From assembly GCA_964406665.1 (NCBI GenBank), contig CAYOSQ010000001.1, positions 199,412 through 263,411 of the forward strand: a DNA stretch of 64,000 bases. Reading direction: 5' to 3'. A program made the translations under genes and the position numbers. The notes below the pieces were generated by a model. It saw only the letters and a list, made by a program, of their open reading frames with translations, searched no databases and was not told the DNA's origin. Shown here in pieces: positions 57,657 to 64,000 of the stretch (position 1 is its first letter; each line of letters opens with the position of its first letter). This DNA comes from an uncultured Planctomycetia bacterium. GTDB lineage: Bacteria > Omnitrophota > Gorgyraeia > VGKH01 > JBHPFN01.

Positions 57657-58976
57657 GTGATATCAAAAATAATTAATTTTATCAAGAAAGATGTCTGGCG
57701 TATTCGTCTGGGCAAAGTGTCTTCTAAAAAATCATTTGCTATTAAACAACTAAGAATTTTACTTCTTGCCTTAAGGGGTTTTGGTGAAGATAAGTGTCAA
57801 TTAAGGGCTTCTGCCCTAACTTTTTATTCACTGCTTTCAATTGTTCCTGTGGTTGCTATGGCATTTGGTATAGCCAAGGGGTTTGGTTTTGAAAAGATGC
57901 TTGAGAATGTTTTATTTGAGAAGATGCCGGGACAAGAAGAAGTTTTGCAGCAAGTTATTGCTTTCGCGAATTCTTTTTTAGATAGCGTACGCGGCGGATT
58001 AGTTGCAGGAATTGGTGTAGTTGTATTGTTTTGGACAGTAATAAAAGTTTTAGGCAATATTGAAAAATCGTTTAATGACATCTGGGGGATAAAGGATGCC
58101 CGTAATTGGGGGAGAAAGTTAAGTGATTATCTTTCTGTTATGGTAACTTGCCCGATTTTGGTTATTATATCAAGCAGCGCAACCGTTTTCATTGCAACTC
58201 AGATAACAATGATTACGGAAAAAATAGCGTTTCTAGGGTTTTTAAGTCCAGTTATCTTTATACTGGTGAAATTGCTTCCCTACGTTATGATCTGGGTGCT
58301 TTTTTCCTTCATTTACATCTTTATGCCTAATACTAAAGTAAATATTCGCTCGGGTATTTTAGCGGGAATTGCTGCGGGTACAATTTATCAAATTGTTCAA
58401 ATAGTCTATATTACGTTTCAGGTAGGGGTCGCAAAATTTAATGCAATATATGGAAGCTTTGCTGCTCTTCCGTTGTTTTTAGTGTGGTTGCAGCTGAGCT
58501 GGACAGTTGTACTTTTTGGTGCGGAGATTTCTTTTGCCCATCAAAATGTAGACATGTATGAATTCGAACCGGATTGCTTGCAGGTTAGTCATTCATTTAA
58601 GCGGTTACTTGCTTTGCGCATTACTCATCTTTTAGTGAAGAATTTCTCCGAAGGCGATAAGCCGCTTACCGCAACGGAAATTGCCCATACTCTGGAAATG
58701 CCAATTCGTTTATCAAGGCAGATTCTTTATGAGTTGGTCGAATGTGGGGTTATCGCTGAGACTAAAACAGAAGAGTATAAGGTACCGGGATTTCAGCCAG
58801 CACGTGATATTGATTTAATTACAATTCAGTATGTAATAAATGCTCTGGAGCATAAAGGCATTGACGATATTCCTATTGCTGAAACAGATGAATTCAAGAG
58901 ATTGTCGCAGTCAGTTGCGGCTTTTGAAAAATCTGTAAAGGGTTCTTCAGAGAATAAACTTTTAAAGGAAATTTAA
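57657..58976 (+). CDS. YihY/BrkB (virulence factor BrkB / RNase BN-like) family membrane protein with a C-terminal soluble extension
   Basis: …RASALTFYSLLSIVPVVAMAFGIAKGFG… family signature and six TM segments. GTG start with an AAGGAGA RBS. Confidence 0.75.
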   Translation: MISKIINFIKKDVWRIRLGKVSSKKSFAIKQLRILLLALRGFGEDKCQLRASALTFYSLLSIVPVVAMAFGIAKGFGFEKMLENVLFEKMPGQEEVLQQVIAFANSFLDSVRGGLVAGIGVVVLFWTVIKVLGNIEKSFNDIWGIKDARNWGRKLSDYLSVMVTCPILVIISSSATVFIATQITMITEKIAFLGFLSPVIFILVKLLPYVMIWVLFSFIYIFMPNTKVNIRSGILAGIAAGTIYQIVQIVYITFQVGVAKFNAIYGSFAALPLFLVWLQLSWTVVLFGAEISFAHQNVDMYEFEPDCLQVSHSFKRLLALRITHLLVKNFSEGDKPLTATEIAHTLEMPIRLSRQILYELVECGVIAETKTEEYKVPGFQPARDIDLITIQYVINALEHKGIDDIPIAETDEFKRLSQSVAAFEKSVKGSSENKLLKEI

Positions 58977-58977
58977 A

Positions 58978-59583
58978 ATGGAGATGTTTTCTTCTTTAGG
59001 GGTTTTGCTGGGTAGCTCCTGGGCAACAGGAGTGAATATGTATCTTACTATCGGAGGATTAGGCATCGCCCATAGGGTGGGCTGGATAACCTTGCCGGGA
59101 AACATGGATACTATTTCTCATCCTTTGATAATTGTTGTTGCTCTAGTTATGTATGTAGTAGAATTTTTTGCTGATAAGATTCCTTATGTTGATTCTGCCT
59201 GGGATTCTGTGCATACTTTTATCCGTCCCATAGGTGGAGCTGCTTTAGGATATATGGCAATGGCCGACATGGGCCCAATTGCACAAATCCCTGTCGCGTT
59301 ACTTACTGGCGGTGTGGCGATGGATTCTCATCTAACAAAGGCGACAACACGTGCAGCTATTAATACATCTCCGGAGCCTGTTACTAATTCAATTGCAAGT
59401 GTTACCGAAGATGCTTCGGTTGCGGGTGTTTTGTTTTTGGTTATGCAGCACCCAATCATTGCAGGTGTTTTGGTTATTCTTTTTATTCTGTTTTCAATTT
59501 GGTTTTTAAAAAAGATGTTCAAATTCTTAAAGAAAGTATTTAGGTTCCTCGGAGGTCGAGAAGAAGCCCCTCAAGAAACTTAA
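58978..59583 (+). CDS. DUF4126 family membrane protein
   Basis: The overall pattern …[20 protein letters not shown]…[21 protein letters not shown]… matches DUF4126. Confidence 0.6.
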   Translation: MEMFSSLGVLLGSSWATGVNMYLTIGGLGIAHRVGWITLPGNMDTISHPLIIVVALVMYVVEFFADKIPYVDSAWDSVHTFIRPIGGAALGYMAMADMGPIAQIPVALLTGGVAMDSHLTKATTRAAINTSPEPVTNSIASVTEDASVAGVLFLVMQHPIIAGVLVILFILFSIWFLKKMFKFLKKVFRFLGGREEAPQET

Positions 59584-59600
59584 AGCATACCAGAAAATAT

Positions 59601-61316
59601 ATGACATCAGAAATTAAAAAAGTCCCTAGGAGAACAGTACGTAAAACATTAAAGAGAATTGCCTATTTTTCTATGGAGATAGGCATTCATCCTAAAATAC
59701 GTACTTATAGCGGTGGACTTGGTATATTAGCTGGGGACACAATAAAGTCTTGTGCGGATTTAAGCGTTCCTTTGGTTGCGGTTTCTCTTCTTTATCGCAA
59801 AGGGTATTTTTTCCAAAAACTTCAGGAAGACGGAGAGCAACAAGAACTTCCCTATGATTGGAGACCGAGAGAATTACTGACTCCATTGAAAAAAGAAGTA
59901 ACGGTAACCATAGAAGATAGAACAGTTTCTATCCGCGCTTGGCTTTATCGAGTAGTGGGCATCAACGGTTATGTTGTGCCGGTACTTTTCTTGGATACCG
60001 ATATTGAAAAAAACAGTGAATATGACAGAAGCCTTTCTCATCATCTCTATGGCGGAGACCCAAGATATAGATTGGCTCAAGAAATTGTTTTAGGTATCGG
60101 TGGTGTAAGGATGTTAAGAGAGTTAGGCTTTCATCGTCTTAGCCGTTATCATATGAATGAAGGTCACGCTGCTTTACTTACTCTGGAACTTTTAAAACAA
60201 AGAAAAAAAGAAGATAATCCTGACTGGGATATTGATGGAGTTAGACGTGCCTGTGTATTTACCACTCATACTCCGGTTGCAGCAGGCCATGATAAATTTT
60301 CTTATGATTTGGTTTCTCAGGTTTTAGGAGATTTTGTGCCTAAGGATCTTTTGAAAAACTTAGGCAGCGAAGAAAATTTAAACATGACACATCTGGCAAT
60401 TAATCTAAGTGATTATGTAAACGGGGTAGCGAAAAAACACGGTGAGATTTCTCAAGAGATGTTTCCCGGATACCACATAGATTCTATTACTAACGGAGTG
60501 CATTGTCCTACATGGGTGTGCGATAGTTTCAAAAACCTTTATGATAAATATATTCCTGGTTGGTCTAATGATCCGTTTAGCTTACGCTATGCACTAAGTA
60601 TTTCTAGAGATGAGATATGGAATGCTCATCAGGAAGCAAAGAAAAAACTTATAGATTATGTTAATGGAAAAACTAATGCCGGGATGGATTGTGATTCATT
60701 GACATTTGGTTTTGCCCGTAGGGCAACTGCGTACAAGAGGGCAGATTTAGTTTTTTACGATGTTAACAGACTGGTTTCTACTGTTACAAGGTTTAATGGA
60801 AAGGTTCAGTTTGTTTTTGCTGGTAAGGCACATCCTCACGATACTCCGGGGAAAGAATTAATTAAAAAGATACTATCGGTTTCTAAAGAAATCTCGGAAC
60901 ATGTAAAAATAGTTTATCTGGAGAATTATGATATGGAGTTGGCAAAAATTCTTATCTCCGGTTCAGATGTTTGGTTAAATACTCCACGAAAACCTAAAGA
61001 GGCATCGGGGACATCGGGCATGAAGGCTGCGCTTAATGGGGTTCCTAGTTTAAGTATTCTTGACGGATGGTGGATAGAAGGTTGCATAGAAGGGTTGACT
61101 GGTTGGTCAGTAGGTTTAGTAGAAGATGCGGAAAATGACGATGAACGTGATGCAAATTCATTATACGATAAATTAGAAAAAGCGGTTATTCCGACATTTT
61201 ATCATAACCGTCAACATTGGATTGATATTATGCGTCATGCTATAGCTATGAACGCTTCATTTTTTAATACCCACCGCATGGTTCAGCAGTATGTGTTAAA
61301 TGCCTACTCCTATTAA
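59601..61316 (+). CDS. glgP: alpha-glucan (glycogen/maltodextrin) phosphorylase, short GT35-family type
   Basis: …[24 protein letters not shown]… N-terminus and the PLP-Lys region …[14 protein letters not shown]…. Confidence 0.85.
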   Translation: MTSEIKKVPRRTVRKTLKRIAYFSMEIGIHPKIRTYSGGLGILAGDTIKSCADLSVPLVAVSLLYRKGYFFQKLQEDGEQQELPYDWRPRELLTPLKKEVTVTIEDRTVSIRAWLYRVVGINGYVVPVLFLDTDIEKNSEYDRSLSHHLYGGDPRYRLAQEIVLGIGGVRMLRELGFHRLSRYHMNEGHAALLTLELLKQRKKEDNPDWDIDGVRRACVFTTHTPVAAGHDKFSYDLVSQVLGDFVPKDLLKNLGSEENLNMTHLAINLSDYVNGVAKKHGEISQEMFPGYHIDSITNGVHCPTWVCDSFKNLYDKYIPGWSNDPFSLRYALSISRDEIWNAHQEAKKKLIDYVNGKTNAGMDCDSLTFGFARRATAYKRADLVFYDVNRLVSTVTRFNGKVQFVFAGKAHPHDTPGKELIKKILSVSKEISEHVKIVYLENYDMELAKILISGSDVWLNTPRKPKEASGTSGMKAALNGVPSLSILDGWWIEGCIEGLTGWSVGLVEDAENDDERDANSLYDKLEKAVIPTFYHNRQHWIDIMRHAIAMNASFFNTHRMVQQYVLNAYSY

Positions 61317-61337
61317 TTAAAACGGAATAATAAAAAG

Positions 61338-61787
61338 ATGGAAGTTAAACAGGGAAGAGTTTTTATCGGTAGATTTGGTTTTAAAGATGATCTTTTATCT
61401 TCAATAACTGAATTTTGCATTAAAGAGAATATCAAGCTCGGCGTGTTTTCTGTGGTAGGTGCTTTGACTTCTGCAAAGTTAGGGTATTATGCTCAGGATA
61501 AAAAAGAATACGTTGAATGTGTTAATTTAGAAAAGAAGCTTGAGATAAATTCTTGTGTTGGCAATGTTTCTTTGAAAGATTCAAAGATTTTTGTTCATGC
61601 ACATGTTACGCTTGCAGATCATAAAGGCAACTGTTATGGAGGACACCTCATGAGCCCGGCTGAAATATTTGCAGCGGAGTATTATATTAAAGAATTAATT
61701 GGAGGAAAATTAAACAGAGTAGACGATTTAGAAACAGGTTTGAGTTTATGGGAAGAAGAGGAGAAAGATGAGCACAGCAAAGAATAA
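61338..61787 (+). CDS. PPC-domain (DUF296) protein
   Basis: …GRVFIGRF…DLLSSITEFC…HAHVTLADHKGNCYGGHL… is typical of PPC/DUF296. Confidence 0.65.
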   Translation: MEVKQGRVFIGRFGFKDDLLSSITEFCIKENIKLGVFSVVGALTSAKLGYYAQDKKEYVECVNLEKKLEINSCVGNVSLKDSKIFVHAHVTLADHKGNCYGGHLMSPAEIFAAEYYIKELIGGKLNRVDDLETGLSLWEEEEKDEHSKE

Positions 61788-62421
61788 GTCAATTCAGGGT
61801 ATTGAAGAGAAGATGGGAGAAATGGATGTCAACTCTATGCGATATAAGGTGTTGGAGTGTACAAAACGTTTTAAAACATCTTGGATAGAGTTAGGTCAAA
61901 TACTTTATACTGTTTATAAAGATAAACTATATAAGGATTGGGGTTATATAAAATTTGATACGTATGTATCGAAAGAAATCGGTATCCGCAATCAAACAGC
62001 TTTAAAATTACTTAGGTCTTATAGATTTCTAGAGAAAGAAGAGCCTCAACTGCTTCAGATAGAAAATCAGGAAGAAGCCAAAGCCGCGGCGATTCCTTCT
62101 TATGAATCTGTAGATGTATTGCGCAGAGCGCACAATAATAAAGAAATCGATAATATGGATTATGCTCGGATAAAGAAGGATATTTTTGAAAAAGGTAAAG
62201 ATGTAAAGGATGTAAGAAAAGATTTAACGCAGCTTATGCGCGAGCGCCGCGAACTTGATCCGCAAGAAGCTTGGAAAGAAAGAAGATCTAAGCTGCTCAG
62301 ACGTTTTTTAAGCCAGATAAGATCTATTCGTAATGAAATACGCTCTTCAAAAATGCTCTCCCCGGGAGTCATTAAAGAGGCCGATAAACTCATTAGTATG
62401 CTCGAGGAAGAATTAGGCTAA
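61768..62421 (+). CDS. hypothetical charged alpha-helical protein
   Basis: A GAGGAGAAAG RBS precedes the ATG at 61768. No recognisable motif. Confidence 0.5.
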   Translation: MSTAKNKSIQGIEEKMGEMDVNSMRYKVLECTKRFKTSWIELGQILYTVYKDKLYKDWGYIKFDTYVSKEIGIRNQTALKLLRSYRFLEKEEPQLLQIENQEEAKAAAIPSYESVDVLRRAHNNKEIDNMDYARIKKDIFEKGKDVKDVRKDLTQLMRERRELDPQEAWKERRSKLLRRFLSQIRSIRNEIRSSKMLSPGVIKEADKLISMLEEELG

Positions 62422-62454
62422 AATTATTTTTTTGATTTTTTTCCCTGCTGACCT

Positions 62455-62483
62455 TGAAATTTAGCAAAAAATCGGCTATACTA
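62455..62483 (+). promoter_or_regulatory. near-consensus sigma70 promoter TTGAAA-17-TATACT with AT-rich UP-like region, driving the PilZ gene leader
   Basis: Hexamers seen directly at 62455-62460 and 62478-62483. Confidence 0.55.
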
Positions 62484-62516
62484 TATATGCATTTAGAGAT
62501 TGTTTCCGAGAATATG

Positions 62517-62557
62517 CCACGGAAATAAGGTGAGTGCCTTATGCCCGTGGTTTTTTT
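62517..62557 (+). terminator. intrinsic terminator/attenuator hairpin (CCACGG-AA-ATAAGG[TGAGTG]CCTTAT-G-CCGTGG) followed by U7, located inside the leader between the promoter and the PilZ start codon
   Basis: ~12 bp composite stem plus TTTTTTT at 62551-62557. Only ~12 nt separate the U-tract from the RBS GGAGA of the ATG at 62570. Confidence 0.6.
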
Positions 62558-62569
62558 ATTGGAGAAAAT

Positions 62570-62983
62570 ATGTATTATAGAGCCCAGCGTGACAATCGTA
62601 CCTTTCAAAACGAAAGACGAAAATCCCAGCGTGCAAGAATAAATCTGGCAGTTACTTACCACGTTGAACATCCACCTTTGTTGAGTCGACTGTTCGGAGA
62701 TTCTGACCTTGAAGCAACCACCATCGATTTAAGTGAGTCCGGCATGGCGCTTTTGACAGAGCAGTTTATTCCCATATTTGCTAAAATATTACTTAAGATT
62801 ATACTTTATAAGTATGACGAGAAAGGATTAATAAGTTATTACGAGCCTATCGAAATATCCGGAGTTGTGCGCTCAAGCTTTTTGTCTTCCAATGATGCTT
62901 ATCGCCTAGGTGTATCTTTTACTCATATACACCAGAGGGAAGATGAGTTCTCCACTTTTATGCAGTCAACACTTACCAACTAA
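62570..62983 (+). CDS. PilZ-domain protein (c-di-GMP receptor)
   Basis: …ERRKSQRARINLAV… (RxxxR) and …TIDLSESGMALL… (DxSxxG) PilZ motifs. A GGAGAAAAT-ATG RBS supports a start at 62570, not 62534. Confidence 0.7.
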   Translation: MYYRAQRDNRTFQNERRKSQRARINLAVTYHVEHPPLLSRLFGDSDLEATTIDLSESGMALLTEQFIPIFAKILLKIILYKYDEKGLISYYEPIEISGVVRSSFLSSNDAYRLGVSFTHIHQREDEFSTFMQSTLTN

Positions 62984-62988
62984 TTTTT

Positions 62989-64000
62989 TTATCTTAAGAA
63001 TTTAAAAATTAAAAGACTGGCAAGTTTCAGAAATGCTATAAGAAGGCATGTTTGTATAATGCCTAGCACAGGTATGCATATAATAGAGATTAACAAGCCT
63101 CCTATGCTAGCACCGATGAGATCAGAAGCGTACAGGGTCCCTGCAGTTTTGCTGATGTGGTTTTCGTCTCGCCAGTAAAGCTTGTTTGCCAGAGGAAATT
63201 GAAGGCCAACCATCATACCAGCAGAAATGCTTAGTAATATAAATAATGCTTTAAGTAAATTAGGGCTTACTGCAATTGATGATAGATGAGAAATTCCATA
63301 AAGACTAAAGGGAAGCGCTAGAGAGAAGACCAAAAATGCTATTTCAGTTTTTACAAATAATATAATCGGATTTTTTATATTATTAAGTTTTTCATTTGTA
63401 AATATACCTCCCATAGATAATCCCCACATAAAAGCGCAAGAAAGTATTCCTATCCAGAAATATACGACTCCGAAAATTACCTGAAAGCCTAACAGGAGTA
63501 TTAGTTGAAATGCAATACCAGCAGTTCCTGTTATCCCAATAAAAAGCGGCATAGGAAGTGCAGCTTTTTCTTTTTTGTTGCGTTGCATAAAAACAAATAT
63601 AAAGGTAAGCAACACTAATAAAATTATTATTTGCCAAAGTCGTATATGGCTTAAAAAAGTAAATACTTTTGAGAACTTTGGAGAGATTAAGCTATAGAAA
63701 AGATTCAATGAATAAAACAATCCGCTTGCGGAAAAATCTTTATTTATCCTAACATCTTTTGCTTCATCTAGTGATTCAGATAACCAATTTGACCAGTAGT
63801 TATCCATTCGGTAATTGATATAGAATTGAGTGAGGAGATTTGTTTTTACATCCCTAGAAGAAAGTCGAGAGAAAATTTCGTCAGGAGTTATTTGATTTAT
63901 ATCTAAATTTTTTGAAGCAATAAATATATTTGTATCTCCTGGAATAATACGTACATATTTGAAAACATTCTTTAAAGTTTTTAATATGAATCCGTTTACA
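62989..64000 (-). CDS. polytopic membrane protein, partial (reading frame remains open to the window edge; 5' end beyond 64000)
   Basis: Minus-strand ORF with 7-8 TM segments. It has no in-frame stop between 63807 and 64000, so the true start is probably outside the window. Confidence 0.5.
   Translation of the reverse strand, partial: VNGFILKTLKNVFKYVRIIPGDTNIFIASKNLDINQITPDEIFSRLSSRDVKTNLLTQFYINYRMDNYWSNWLSESLDEAKDVRINKDFSASGLFYSLNLFYSLISPKFSKVFTFLSHIRLWQIIILLVLLTFIFVFMQRNKKEKAALPMPLFIGITGTAGIAFQLILLLGFQVIFGVVYFWIGILSCAFMWGLSMGGIFTNEKLNNIKNPIILFVKTEIAFLVFSLALPFSLYGISHLSSIAVSPNLLKALFILLSISAGMMVGLQFPLANKLYWRDENHISKTAGTLYASDLIGASIGGLLISIICIPVLGIIQTCLLIAFLKLASLLIFKFLR

Noticed and set aside
62490-62569. 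c-di-GMP (GEMM) riboswitch upstream of the PilZ gene
   Set aside because: The leader is only ~80 nt and I could not recognise the GEMM-I/II conserved stems or the tetraloop-receptor motif. It is reported instead as a generic attenuator candidate.

Overview
The window is AT-rich (roughly mid-30s % GC by eye) and densely coding, mostly on the + strand. Gene content points to a diderm, probably uncultivated bacterium: LptE-like, BamD-like, Lnt and LpxL-like lipoprotein/LPS genes, type IV pilus genes, and leuS-lptE-holA-like and rpsT-murJ synteny. The taxonomic placement is inference.

Core housekeeping genes recognised: accA (3' end), nfo, leuS, rpsT, murJ, uvrC-like, pilT, prfB (with its canonical programmed +1 frameshift), secA, lnt, comEA/comEC, thiE, dus, glgP-type alpha-glucan phosphorylase, tRNA-Leu(CAA) and tRNA-Ala(GGC).

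The main discovery candidate is a compact, non-actinobacterial type II polyketide-synthase-like biosynthetic cluster at ~1.1-13.0 kb. It contains a PadR regulator, an AMP-dependent acyl-CoA/ACP ligase, a ketopantoate-reductase-like reductase, a tandem-duplicated Cys/His small protein, a KS-alpha/KS-beta(CLF-like)/ACP triad, a PF04199-type cyclase, an SRPBCC aromatase/cyclase-like protein, an MFS exporter, an SDR ketoreductase, a B12-binding radical SAM enzyme and a PF04909 amidohydrolase.

Immediately downstream (13.1-17.8 kb) sits a 5'-deoxyadenosine/MTA 'DHAP-shunt'-like salvage module: a PNP-family phosphorylase, an MtnA/eIF2B-like isomerase plus a truncated paralog, a class II aldolase fused to an SCP2 domain, and an aldehyde dehydrogenase. 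This is a logical companion to a radical SAM enzyme. A carbamoyltransferase with SxtJ/DUF5989-like small membrane proteins follows.

Other notable items:
- a type IV pilin-like protein carrying a complete Hint/BIL (intein-like) domain, within a three-gene minor-pilin operon;
- an HD-GYP gene interrupted at an A7 homopolymer;
- a leader terminator/attenuator in front of a PilZ gene;
- degenerate tRNA-Ala-end-like repeats next to tRNA-Ala;
- an unlisted RBS-bearing 55-aa ORF;
- several strong palindromes.

No CRISPR array, rRNA or obvious transposase/integrase was seen.
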